47,452 nucleotides of DNA from an uncultured Ignavibacteriaceae bacterium (GCA_964372545.1 CAYJSZ010000002.1:1-47452); one strand, 5' to 3'; positions 9,112 to 18,015 are shown, counted from the first letter of the stretch. Notes: generated by a model not told the origin, from the sequence alone. Translations and numbers: made by a program.

Positions 9112-9627
9112 ATGATGCGTACCCTTTCTCTTAGCTTTCTTGTTCTCCTAATTCTGCTTGTTCTTTCGAGTATGGCGGTGGGGCAACAGCAATCCAAACA
9201 ACAAGCCCCGAACTTTGCCCTCAAGACCTCCGACGGCAAGACGATCGAGATGGCAAAGCTCAAAGGCAAAGTCGTGCTCGTGAACTTCTGGGCGACCTGG
9301 TGCGGTCCGTGCCGCAAAGAGATGCCGGATTTCGTCGAGGCGTACAAGCAATACAAACCGAAGGGATTCGAGATCGTCGGCATCTCGCTCGACGAGGATG
9401 GCTGGGATGTGGTCAATCCGTTTGTGAAGAAGTACGGCATTAGTTTCCCCGTGGTGATCGGCGACGGAAAGCTTGCGCGGGCCTACGGCGGCATTGAGTA
9501 TATTCCCACGAGCTTTCTCGTCGACCGTCAGGGCAACATCGTCGACAAACATGTCGGGATGATGCCGAAAGAGCTTCTCGAAAAGAAACTCCAGCCGCTC
9601 CTGCAGAACAGGGAACGAATCCAATGA
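9112..9627 (+). CDS. TlpA/ResA-family periplasmic thiol:disulfide oxidoreductase
   Basis: A signal peptide is followed by the thioredoxin active site WATWCGPCRKEMP. The gene is 171 aa. Confidence 0.85.
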   Translation: MMRTLSLSFLVLLILLVLSSMAVGQQQSKQQAPNFALKTSDGKTIEMAKLKGKVVLVNFWATWCGPCRKEMPDFVEAYKQYKPKGFEIVGISLDEDGWDVVNPFVKKYGISFPVVIGDGKLARAYGGIEYIPTSFLVDRQGNIVDKHVGMMPKELLEKKLQPLLQNRERIQ

Positions 9628-11408
9628 ACCGCTTTCGGCCGCTTCTGGCCTCTCTTTCCCTGATCGCCCTGATTGTTTCGCCATCGTTTGGACAAGCCAG
9701 CGCGAGCAAGGTCCAGGTTGAAACGAAACTCGCAGCGGACAAAGCAAGCGCCGGCTCCACGGCGCGCGCCGCAGTAATCGTGAATATCGCCGAGGGCTGG
9801 CACGTCAACTCGCACACGCCGTCTGAAGATTACCTCATCGGCACGTCGCTCGAGCTTCAGCCGATGGAAGGCGTCATCGTCGCCGACATGCAGTACCCGA
9901 AAGGGCAAGTGCTGAAGTTCGCGTTTTCCGAAACGCCGCTCGACGTCTACGAAGGCTCGACTCCGATTTTTCTCACACTGAAACTTTCCGACAAGCTCGC
10001 GGCCGGGAGGTATTCGCTCACCGGCTCGCTGCAAGTGCAGGCGTGCAACGATCAGGTCTGTTTAGCGCCCTCTCGCATCGCAGTGACCATTCCGCTGGAA
10101 CTGGTTTCCTCGCAAGAATCCGTGGCTGAGGTCAATCAAGAACTCTTTGCATCGTACACTCCCGCAGAACCTCAGCAGGGAACGAACGAGCCGCAGAACC
10201 AGATCGCGCAGATCGTTGAACAGGAAGGAACCGCCGTCGCCTTCCTCGCAATTTTCCTGATCGGCCTCGCGCTGAATCTCACTCCCTGTGTCTATCCGAT
10301 GCTTTCAGTTACAGTCTCGCTCTTCGGCGGCCAGACGGACACCAATATTGCTCGCGTCTTTTTGAAAGCAGTCGTTTACGTCCTCGGCATGGCGACGATG
10401 TACAGCCTGCTCGGGGTCAGCGCGGCGTTGAGCGGCGAGTTATTCGGAAGTTGGCTGCAAAGTCCGTGGGTGCTCGCGGGAATCGCCACATTATTGTTTG
10501 GCCTCGCGCTGAGCATGTTCGGTTTGTACCAGATTCAGATTCCGTACTGGATCACAAGCAGGTTGGGCGGGACGACCGGCACCGGTATCGTCGGGTTGTA
10601 TCTTTCCGGATTGGTAGTCGGAATTTTTGCCGCGCCGTGTGTCGGTCCGCCGGTGATTGCCCTGCTCGCGTTCGTCGGAGCAAAAGGCGATCCGGTCTTC
10701 GGCTTCTGGACGTTTTTTATCCTGTCGCTCGGACTCGGCTTCCCCTATCTCATCCTCGGAACATTTTCCGGCCTGCTCAAGAAAGTCCCGAAGTCCGGCG
10801 TCTGGCTGATCTGGGTGGAGCGGATCTTCGGCGTGGTGTTGACGGGCGCTGCGCTCTTTTATCTGTCGCTCGCATTCTTCCCGAAGCTCTCTGCGTACGT
10901 TCTCCCCGCGATCCTGTTGCTTGGAGGATTGTATTTGGGATTCCTCGAACCTTCCGGCAAAGACAAAAAAGGATTTCTCAGGCTGAAGTGGTCGTTTGGA
11001 GTCGTTGCCGTAGCGCTGAGCATCTACGGATTCAACGCACTGCGCGAGCCGGGGATTTCGTGGGAGGCATACGCCGGCGCGACTGTTGCCGAGGCGAAAG
11101 CGCAGGGCAAACCGGTGATGATCGATTTCTACGCGGATTGGTGCATTCCCTGTCTGGAGCTCGACCGCAAGACCTTCACTGACGCTGGAGTCATGGACGC
11201 GACGCAAGAGTTCGTTCGTCTCAAAGTCGACCTGACGCATTTCGATTCAGCAGAATCCGAAGCGCTGCGGAAAGAGTTCGCCATCGCCGGTGTGCCGACG
11301 ATTGTGTTCCTCGACCGCAGCGGCAACGAAGTGAAATCCTCCCGCGTCGTCGGCTATCTTCCGCCGCAGGAGTTTCTCCAGCGGCTTCAGCCTCTTCTCG
11401 CAAAGTAG
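9624..11408 (+). CDS. dsbD: Thiol:disulfide interchange protein DsbD (alpha domain, transmembrane CcdA-like core, C-terminal thioredoxin)
   Basis: It has an N-terminal signal and a DsbD-alpha-like domain. The multi-TM core carries conserved Cys segments (LNLTPCVYPML and FAAPCVGPP). The C-terminal thioredoxin motif is YADWCIPCLELD. It overlaps the upstream tlpA-like gene by the 4-nt ATGA. Confidence 0.85.
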   Translation: MNRFRPLLASLSLIALIVSPSFGQASASKVQVETKLAADKASAGSTARAAVIVNIAEGWHVNSHTPSEDYLIGTSLELQPMEGVIVADMQYPKGQVLKFAFSETPLDVYEGSTPIFLTLKLSDKLAAGRYSLTGSLQVQACNDQVCLAPSRIAVTIPLELVSSQESVAEVNQELFASYTPAEPQQGTNEPQNQIAQIVEQEGTAVAFLAIFLIGLALNLTPCVYPMLSVTVSLFGGQTDTNIARVFLKAVVYVLGMATMYSLLGVSAALSGELFGSWLQSPWVLAGIATLLFGLALSMFGLYQIQIPYWITSRLGGTTGTGIVGLYLSGLVVGIFAAPCVGPPVIALLAFVGAKGDPVFGFWTFFILSLGLGFPYLILGTFSGLLKKVPKSGVWLIWVERIFGVVLTGAALFYLSLAFFPKLSAYVLPAILLLGGLYLGFLEPSGKDKKGFLRLKWSFGVVAVALSIYGFNALREPGISWEAYAGATVAEAKAQGKPVMIDFYADWCIPCLELDRKTFTDAGVMDATQEFVRLKVDLTHFDSAESEALRKEFAIAGVPTIVFLDRSGNEVKSSRVVGYLPPQEFLQRLQPLLAK

Positions 11409-11507
11409 TGCCCCTTCGTCATTCGACATTCAGCATTCGATATTCGTTATTGCCCCTCTCCCGTTTGATTACTACCCATCCCCTCTGTACATTCCATCCC
11501 ACGTCTT

Positions 11508-12359
11508 ATGGCGATTACGCATAAAAACATTTTCTCCTTTCCCGTCCACCTTCTCGCTTGCGTTGCGGCTTGCACATCACTGGTTTTTGCGCAGCGACCG
11601 GTGATGCTGACGGAATCTGCCACAACGTCCGGCAGACACAGGCTCGACCTTTTTCTTGGCGGGGAATACTTCAACAAGCAGCAGGCCCCGGCGCTCGATC
11701 GTGCCCGTTCGATGACGCGTGTGGGCGTGATCGGCTGGCATCAGGGCGTAGCCGACAATGTGAATCTCGACCTCGATTGGCGTGGGTATCTTTTCGCGAA
11801 GCTTGGGAATGGCGCAAGCGTGAACGATTGGGGCGACGTGACGATTTCGACCCGCGTACGATTCTTGAAGGAAAAAAACCGTCGGCCTGCTCTTGGATTG
11901 CGGACATCATTCAAACTGCCGAACACGAAGTACGTTCCCTACGGCCTTGGAAGCAACCAAGCGGACTATTACTCGCATCTCCTGGTCACCAAACATTTCG
12001 GCGACGCGGAGACGCGGCTCAACGTCGGCTTTGGTATCGTCGGCGACCCGAAAGCATTAAGCGCACAGGACGATGTCTATTTGCTCAGCGGTGCGGTCAT
12101 CGTCCCAGCAAGCAGTCGCTTTTCTCTCTTCGCAGAGGTGTACGGTCTGACGGGTTATTACGACGATGACGACAAACTCCTCGCGCGCTTTGGCGGCATG
12201 GTGAATCTTGGCGGACTTGAGTTGGCCGTTTTCGGCAGCGCGCGATTGGCCGGCTCGAACATCGATATCGGCGGTGCGTTCGAGGCGAGCGAGAGCTGGA
12301 GTATCGGCCTCGCTCTGAGAAAAACCTTCGAGTTGAGTTTCTTGAAGGAAGAAGAGTAG
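11508..12359 (+). CDS. Putative outer-membrane beta-barrel protein, related to the barrel half of the 6257..7372 product
   Basis: The signal peptide ends in LVFAQ and the sequence has an alternating amphipathic pattern. The motif order GDV-x-S...KLP...GLGS parallels the C-terminal domain of the cytochrome fusion. No specific family can be assigned by eye. Confidence 0.45.
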   Translation: MAITHKNIFSFPVHLLACVAACTSLVFAQRPVMLTESATTSGRHRLDLFLGGEYFNKQQAPALDRARSMTRVGVIGWHQGVADNVNLDLDWRGYLFAKLGNGASVNDWGDVTISTRVRFLKEKNRRPALGLRTSFKLPNTKYVPYGLGSNQADYYSHLLVTKHFGDAETRLNVGFGIVGDPKALSAQDDVYLLSGAVIVPASSRFSLFAEVYGLTGYYDDDDKLLARFGGMVNLGGLELAVFGSARLAGSNIDIGGAFEASESWSIGLALRKTFELSFLKEEE

Positions 12360-12394
12360 TGTCATCAGTCCGATGTGAAGACCAAAAAACGTAG

Positions 12395-12916
12395 CCCACG
12401 AATCTGCGCGAATCTCCACTAATAATTGTTCGTCTGGATTGACGGCAAACGGAAAGGAGCTGAAAGCCATGCCTGAACTACTCCTGAAGGATGAGGTGTA
12501 CACTCTTGTCGGTGCAGCAATGGAGGTGTACAACGAATTGGGGAACGGATTTCTTGAAGCAGTTTATCAAGAAGCGTACGAAATGGAATTAGGCGATAGA
12601 GTAATTCCATACGAGCCTCAGAAGCTACTGACCATCTACTATAAGACTCGCAAACTGAATAGAGAATACAAAGCGGACGTGCTGGCATACGGAAAGATAG
12701 TCGTGGAGCTAAAATCTGAAGAGCGTCTTACAACGAAGGATGAAGCACAACTATTGAACTACCTCAATGCGACTCGATTGCCGGTTGGTCAGCTCATTAA
12801 CTTTGGCGCAGAGAATAAACTCGAATGGAAACGAATGATTTTAACGAAGAACATTCCTCACAATATTCAATGATTGATGCAATACTCTTTCGTGAAGATT
12901 CGTGTAGATTCGCGGG
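12395..12916. repeat. Imperfect 25-bp inverted repeats (12395-12419 and 12892-12916) bracketing the GxxExxY gene
   Basis: The left arm is cccacgaatctgcgcgaatctccac. The reverse complement of the right arm is cccgcgaatctacacgaatcttcac. They match at 21 of 25 positions, and 2 of the 4 mismatches would be G-U pairs in RNA. Each arm contains CGAATCT twice. Confidence 0.7.
12469..12873 (+). CDS. GxxExxY family protein (PD-(D/E)XK-like small protein)
   Basis: It carries the eponymous motif GNGFLEAVYQEAY and an RBS-like ggaaaggag ending 9 nt before ATG 12469. The gene is visibly more AT-rich than its neighbours. Confidence 0.8.
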   Translation: MPELLLKDEVYTLVGAAMEVYNELGNGFLEAVYQEAYEMELGDRVIPYEPQKLLTIYYKTRKLNREYKADVLAYGKIVVELKSEERLTTKDEAQLLNYLNATRLPVGQLINFGAENKLEWKRMILTKNIPHNIQ

Positions 12917-13151
12917 AGGAAGTAAATGACGGGTCAATTCAGGAATTACTCGCTTGCCATTTTTTTCGTCGAAAATCCGCCTTGTCTTTCGGTCAAAAAT
13001 CCAGTAGCTTTGTCGCTGCGTTTTTCCCCCGTGAACGAATGAAGGACGCCTTCTTGCCTGAGGCCATGGGAACGGCCGCGAACGAATCATCAGCCGGCGG
13101 CCGTGCACCAGAATCGATGCGTGCAGTTCGTGCTGACTCAGGCGCTCCCTT

Positions 13152-14903
13152 GTGACGACCGACGCACTACATACCGCGTACCAACCGACCGGCGTAAAAG
13201 AGTACGCCACCAGCCGACCTCGTGTGCTTGGCTGGATTCGCAGCGCCGCACTGCTCGACGGCGACTGGGGCACCAGCATCGCCTATGTTCTCGGCATCAG
13301 CTTTGCCCTCTCCGGCTACAGCAGCTTTTGGTATCTGAGCCTCATGCTGGCTTTTACCACTCTCGTAGCATTCAACTACGTTCACCTCTGCCGTCTGTAT
13401 CCGAATGGCGGCGGCGTGTACAGTTCCGTCTACCATCGCTCGAAAACGCTCGCCGTCATCGGCGCTCTCCTCCTTGCTGCCGATTATGTCGTGACGATGG
13501 CGCTCTCTGTACTGGACGCGTTCCACTATTTCGACATCCCCTCTCCGGAGCTCTGGGCGATCGGGGTCATCCTCTGCATCGGAGTGTTGAACTGGTACGG
13601 TCCCCGCCATAGCGGCGGCTTTGCGGTTGCGATTTCCGTCGCCACATTCGCGACCATCCTCATCATCGTCATCGCGTCCGCCCCGACCGCACTGGAATCC
13701 GCGACGGTGGTGAAACCGACGGGACCTCCGCTGGAGAATTGGGGCCACTTCGTCGGCATTATCTTGAGCATCTCCGGCATCGAAGCAATTTCCAATATGA
13801 CGGGGTTGATGAAAAACCCCAATGCCGACTCCAGACGTGCAATCTATTCCGTCCTTTCAAAAGTCGTTATCGCAACGGTGTTCCTCGGCCTTGCGATGCA
13901 GGCAGTTCCAGAGTTGACGGGACATACGGAAGACATGGTTCGATTCCTGGGTGAGCACTACGTCGGTTACTGGTTTGGCTGGGTTGTCGCGATCTCTCTC
14001 GGACTGTTGCTCATCTCCGCCGGCAATACTGCTATGAACGGCCTTGTATCCGTACAATTTCTGATGTCCGTCGACCGGGAACTACCCAAAGAGCTGCGCA
14101 GACTCAACAAGCACGGTGTTCCCGTTATCCCGCTGATCGTCGCAACGGCGGCGCCGATTATCGTCCTCATCTTCATCCATGACGTGTTGACCTTAGCGCA
14201 ACTCTATGCCATCGGGGTGGTAGGGGCCATTTTCATCAACATCGGCTCGACGTCGACAGACTACTCGTTGCCCCTTCGTCGATGGATACGGATCCTGATG
14301 CTCGTCTCCGCCGTCATCCTTTTTTTCATTGAGATTTCGATTGCCGTCCAGAAACCGAAGGCGGCTATTTTTGCTTCGATTGTGTTGACGGTCGGATTAG
14401 GCGCGCGGGCCATCGCCAAACGAAGCCGTGTCCCCGTAGCCGTGCCCGGTGAAGCCGCGGCACAGCAAGTCCGGCCGAGACGCCATGTGCGACGGCGTGC
14501 CCCGGCAACGCGATACCTCGTGGCGATCAAAGACACGAGCGACCGTCTCCTGAAATTCGCCATCGATGAATCGAAGGCCCGGAACGCGCTGCTTGTCGTC
14601 CTGCGCGTCAAAGAAATCGCCGTGGGAACGCTGCCCGGCAAGATCGAGATGGAGAGCAACGGCGTCGAGCAGCGCATCGAGGAACTCTGCTCGCAATCGA
14701 GCATCGATTATGAGATTCTCACCATCCCGAGCTACGAAGTCGGCTACACGATCGTCGAACAGGCTGCGACATTCGGCGCCGACCGCGTGATTCTCGGGGC
14801 AACGCACCGCGGCGTGTTAGAAAACGCTCTCAAGGGCAACGTCATCCGTTCCGTCAGTCAGCTCCTTCCCGAAGAAGTGCAGTTGGTGATCTTCGGCGGA
14901 TAA
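13152..14903 (+). CDS. APC-superfamily permease (KimA-like motifs) with a C-terminal universal stress protein (Usp) domain
   Basis: The N-terminal ~430 aa are polytopic and carry YPNGGGVYSS and GIEAISNMTGLMKNP, resembling the KimA/APC family. The C-terminal ~140 aa are Usp-like (RYLVAIKDTS...ADRVILGATHRG...VQLVIFGG). The start codon is GTG. Confidence 0.8.
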   Translation: MTTDALHTAYQPTGVKEYATSRPRVLGWIRSAALLDGDWGTSIAYVLGISFALSGYSSFWYLSLMLAFTTLVAFNYVHLCRLYPNGGGVYSSVYHRSKTLAVIGALLLAADYVVTMALSVLDAFHYFDIPSPELWAIGVILCIGVLNWYGPRHSGGFAVAISVATFATILIIVIASAPTALESATVVKPTGPPLENWGHFVGIILSISGIEAISNMTGLMKNPNADSRRAIYSVLSKVVIATVFLGLAMQAVPELTGHTEDMVRFLGEHYVGYWFGWVVAISLGLLLISAGNTAMNGLVSVQFLMSVDRELPKELRRLNKHGVPVIPLIVATAAPIIVLIFIHDVLTLAQLYAIGVVGAIFINIGSTSTDYSLPLRRWIRILMLVSAVILFFIEISIAVQKPKAAIFASIVLTVGLGARAIAKRSRVPVAVPGEAAAQQVRPRRHVRRRAPATRYLVAIKDTSDRLLKFAIDESKARNALLVVLRVKEIAVGTLPGKIEMESNGVEQRIEELCSQSSIDYEILTIPSYEVGYTIVEQAATFGADRVILGATHRGVLENALKGNVIRSVSQLLPEEVQLVIFGG

Positions 14904-14946
14904 CGGAATCCAGTTTCTCACCCCACACAAGGAGGAAACAGCCCCC

Positions 14947-16368
14947 ATGCACAATGACCAGTCCAACGGCCCCGGACTGTTACGGCAGATCGGGCTGGTT
15001 TCTGCCATCCTGATCGTCATCAACAACGTCATCGGCTCGGCGATCTTCCTGACGCCGAAGAACGTTGCCGCAGCCGTGGATATCCCCGGCATCGCAATTG
15101 GCGTCTGGGTTTTCACCGGACTTCTGACGTTAGCCGGCGCGCTGACCAACGCCGAAATCGCCAACGAAATCACCGACGCAGGCGGACAGTACGTATACTT
15201 CCGGGTGCTCTTCAAAGACTGGATGGCGTTTCTCTACGGCTGGACGGCGTTCATCGTCTATCAAACGGGAACGATCGCTACCGTTGCCATCGCTTTCGGG
15301 CTCTACTTCAACCATCTCGTCCCTTTACCGCACTTCAGCGCCGAGCTTGAAGCATGGAAGCTGCCGCTCCTCGGCAACATCTTTCCGTTCAAAGATATCG
15401 GCGTGAAGCTTGCTGCCATCGGTTCGGTCGTGATTCTGACTGCTGTTAATTATTATGGTGTGAGATGGGGGGCGTTCGTCTCCGACCTGTTTACCTATTT
15501 GAAGCTTGGCGCAATAGCCGCTATCGTTATCCTCGCGTTCACCTTCAGCGGCGGAAGCACCGATAATTTTTCCCCACTCTGGGGGATGCCGAGCTCCGGG
15601 TCATTCATCGGCTCCTTTGGCGTGGCGATGATTGCAACATTGTGGGCGTATGAAGGCTGGAACAACATCAGCTTCGTGGCCGGGGAGGTGACCAACCCGC
15701 GGCGGAACGTTCCGCTCGCCCTTACGCTGGGAACGGTGGGGATCATGCTCGTCTACGTCGTCACGAATCTCGCCTACCTCTATGTGCTGCCGATTGGCGA
15801 GATTGCAAAGTCGAACCTCGTTGCGTCCGATGTGATGGAGAGGATCGTGGGTCCGGCCGGCGGCGCGCTCATTGCCGTTGCCGTAATGATCTCGACCTTC
15901 GGCACGGTGAACGCCACGGTGCTGACTGCCGGGCGTGTCACGTACGCGATGGCAAAAGATAAGCTGTTCTACAAACCGTTGGCAGAGGTAACGCCGAAAT
16001 ACCATACGCCGGGCAAGGCGCTCATCGCTCAAGGTGTCTGGACGTCGCTCCTGACGCTCTCCGGAACGTACGACCAGCTCTTCACGTACGTGATCTTTGC
16101 CGGATGGATCTTCTATGCCTTAGGCGCTGCGGGCGTGTTCATGCTGAGAAGGAAAATGCCCAATGCGGAGCGCAGCTATCGCGTGCCGGGCTACCCGGTC
16201 GTTCCGCTGTTGTTCATCGTCGTGGCAACTTGGTTTGTGATCAACACGCTGGTGGAGCAGACGGCGGATTCGCTCGTGGGACTCGTCTTGCTACTGCTTG
16301 GAGTGCCGTTTTATCTGTACTGGAAGAAACATCTCGACAACAATAACCGGACGGCTCAGGCTTCCTAG
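14947..16368 (+). CDS. APC-family amino acid permease
   Basis: 473-aa polytopic protein. GSAIFLTPK and WAYEGWNNISFVAGEVTNPRRNVP are typical of APC/LAT-type amino acid transporters. Confidence 0.85.
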   Translation: MHNDQSNGPGLLRQIGLVSAILIVINNVIGSAIFLTPKNVAAAVDIPGIAIGVWVFTGLLTLAGALTNAEIANEITDAGGQYVYFRVLFKDWMAFLYGWTAFIVYQTGTIATVAIAFGLYFNHLVPLPHFSAELEAWKLPLLGNIFPFKDIGVKLAAIGSVVILTAVNYYGVRWGAFVSDLFTYLKLGAIAAIVILAFTFSGGSTDNFSPLWGMPSSGSFIGSFGVAMIATLWAYEGWNNISFVAGEVTNPRRNVPLALTLGTVGIMLVYVVTNLAYLYVLPIGEIAKSNLVASDVMERIVGPAGGALIAVAVMISTFGTVNATVLTAGRVTYAMAKDKLFYKPLAEVTPKYHTPGKALIAQGVWTSLLTLSGTYDQLFTYVIFAGWIFYALGAAGVFMLRRKMPNAERSYRVPGYPVVPLLFIVVATWFVINTLVEQTADSLVGLVLLLLGVPFYLYWKKHLDNNNRTAQAS

Positions 16369-16393
16369 TGCCGTTTCAAATAAATAATCTTTT

Positions 16394-16530
16394 CAAGTTG
16401 ACCGCCTTATTGGAAAGGGCTGAAGCCCTTGGGCTTTTTTATTGGGGTTCTTCGTGTCCCCGACCTAAAGGTCGGGGCTATAGCCAAATCTTACAGAGGT
16501 TTTAACCCCTTAGCTAAAGCGGTCAACTTG
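16394..16530. repeat. MITE-like stacked-hairpin element, copy B (about 137 bp); contains a terminator-like hairpin plus T-run
   Basis: It has a perfect 12-bp terminal inverted repeat, caagttgaccgc / gcggtcaacttg. Its internal blocks are shared with copy A. At 16415-16440, aagggc-tgaa-gccctt is followed by gggctttttt, starting 26 bp after the permease stop codon. Confidence 0.7.
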
Positions 16531-16681
16531 TGTAATCTTGTAATGCGTGAAAAGTTTCACCGCGGAGGTCGCAGAGGAACGCCGAGTAATACAGAGAATA
16601 ACTCTCAGCGCACTCCGCAAACTCTGCGGTTGAAAATACAATAGAAGTTCTTAGAAACAGTACTAGACCCTTTTTCCTCCG

Positions 16682-17611
16682 ATGGAAAACGACGAAACAC
16701 TTCTCTTCATCGGCTTCAATATCTTCGTCGTCGTGCTGCTGGTGATCGACCTGAGGGTCTTTCACCGTCATGCGCATGAAGTGAAGATCAAAGAGGCGCT
16801 ACTCTGGAGCGCTGTCTGGGTCGTGCTGTCGCTTGCCTTCAACGTCGGCGTGTACTTCTGGCACGGGTATGAAGCCGCGCTGCAATTTTTCACCGGCTAT
16901 TTGATCGAGAAGTCGCTGAGCATCGACAACCTCTTCGTCTTCCTGCTCATCTTCACGTACTTCAAAGTGCCGGCCCAGTATCAACACTACGTGCTGTACT
17001 GGGGAATTCTCGGCGCCCTGGTGATGCGCGGGCTGCTCATCCTGCTCGGCGTGACGGTCATTCGCGAATTCCATTGGGTGATCTATCTCTTCGGTGCGTT
17101 TCTCGTTTTTACCGGCGTGAAGATGGCGTTCCAGAAGGAAACGGCGGAGGTGCATCCCGAGCGCAATCTCGTCGTTCGGATCTTCAAGAAGTTCATCCCG
17201 GTGACGGCCGGCTACCACGGTTCGAAGTTCTTCGTAACGGTCGATGGCAGGCGCTGTGCAACGCTCCTGTTCGTCGTCCTCATCGTCGTGGAAACCACCG
17301 ACCTCGTCTTCGCGGTCGATTCGATTCCCGCCATTTTTGCCATCACCACCGACCCGTTCATCGTCTACACCTCCAACGTCTTTGCCATTCTCGGGCTGCG
17401 CGCGCTCTATTTCGCGCTGGCAGGATTGATGAACCTCTTCCGCTTTCTCAAACTCGGCCTTTCGATCGTTCTCAGCTTTGTCGGTGTGAAGATGCTGGCG
17501 AGCGAGATCTTTCCCATCCCCATCGGCATTGCGCTTTCGGTCGTTGCGACCGTGCTGATCGTCTCCGTGATTTTTTCTATCATGATCAAGCCGGGAGAGT
17601 CTCGACGGTAG
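16682..17611 (+). CDS. TerC-family integral membrane protein (Alx/YkoY-like)
   Basis: TerC motifs are present: EKSLSIDNLFVF, VETTDLVFAVDSIPAIFAIT and TSNVFAILGLRALYF. Confidence 0.85.
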   Translation: MENDETLLFIGFNIFVVVLLVIDLRVFHRHAHEVKIKEALLWSAVWVVLSLAFNVGVYFWHGYEAALQFFTGYLIEKSLSIDNLFVFLLIFTYFKVPAQYQHYVLYWGILGALVMRGLLILLGVTVIREFHWVIYLFGAFLVFTGVKMAFQKETAEVHPERNLVVRIFKKFIPVTAGYHGSKFFVTVDGRRCATLLFVVLIVVETTDLVFAVDSIPAIFAITTDPFIVYTSNVFAILGLRALYFALAGLMNLFRFLKLGLSIVLSFVGVKMLASEIFPIPIGIALSVVATVLIVSVIFSIMIKPGESRR

Positions 17612-17625
17612 CCGGTTATTCCTGA

Positions 17626-17844
17626 ATGCCCGACAATTTCCTCCTCATTTTCTTTGGAATCCTTTCGACACTTGGTCTGGCGGTAGGAATTCTGGGCGTC
17701 TACCTTGCCGTGAAGGCTGCCAAGAAGAGCGACGGCGAGGTCAAGATGGCGCTCTGGTCTGTGGTTGCGCTCGCCGGCTTCACCCTTGCCGGCATGAGCT
17801 GGGCGTATTTCCTGATCCCGATTATCATCAACCGCCTCTTCTAA
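17626..17844 (+). CDS. Small hypothetical membrane protein (two predicted TM helices)
   Basis: 72-aa ORF starting 15 nt after the TerC stop. Two hydrophobic helices are separated by KAAKKSDGEVK. No family is recognised. Confidence 0.4.
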   Translation: MPDNFLLIFFGILSTLGLAVGILGVYLAVKAAKKSDGEVKMALWSVVALAGFTLAGMSWAYFLIPIIINRLF

Positions 17845-17916
17845 ATAAGCCACCACCACGTTCCATTCTTCATCGTTCATTACTCATTGAACATTGTCTA
17901 TTAAGCCTCCCCTCCT

Positions 17917-18015
17917 GGTAGTGGTACGTTTTCAAATTAATTGTAGGGCGAATCGCTGATTCGCCTGGCGAGACAGCGTCTCGCCCTACATATAGAACCA
18001 AGACGTACCATTACC
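17917..18015. repeat. Nested palindromic element upstream of dnaG
   Basis: The outer inverted repeat is ggtagtggtacgt / acgtaccattacc. The inner part is gtagggcga...tcgccctac (17943-17989), enclosing two hairpins: ggcgaatc-gct-gattcgcc and ggcgagac-agc-gtctcgcc. Confidence 0.55.

Noticed and set aside
12874-13151. Possible c-di-AMP (ydaO/kimA-type) riboswitch upstream of the KimA-like permease.
   Set aside because: I found none of the conserved pseudo-symmetric ACGGGG / CCCGA...CAGCUAACC-type segments I recall for that class. Only generic stems are present.
16429-16644. 71-aa ORF (MGFFIGVLRVPDLKVGAI...) and the comparable ORF at 3160..3474.
   Set aside because: Both are translations of the MITE-like hairpin repeats. 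The palindromic DNA gives pseudo-peptides, and there is no coding signal.
16531-16681. Possible yybP-ykoY (Mn2+) riboswitch in the TerC leader, since TerC-family genes are classic targets.
   Set aside because: The hallmark GGGGAGUAG and UUGACAUA elements are absent. Only weak look-alikes are present (ccGAGUAAu, gUUGAAAAUA, cUAGACCcuuu). An Infernal search with RF00080 would settle it; by eye I cannot support the call.
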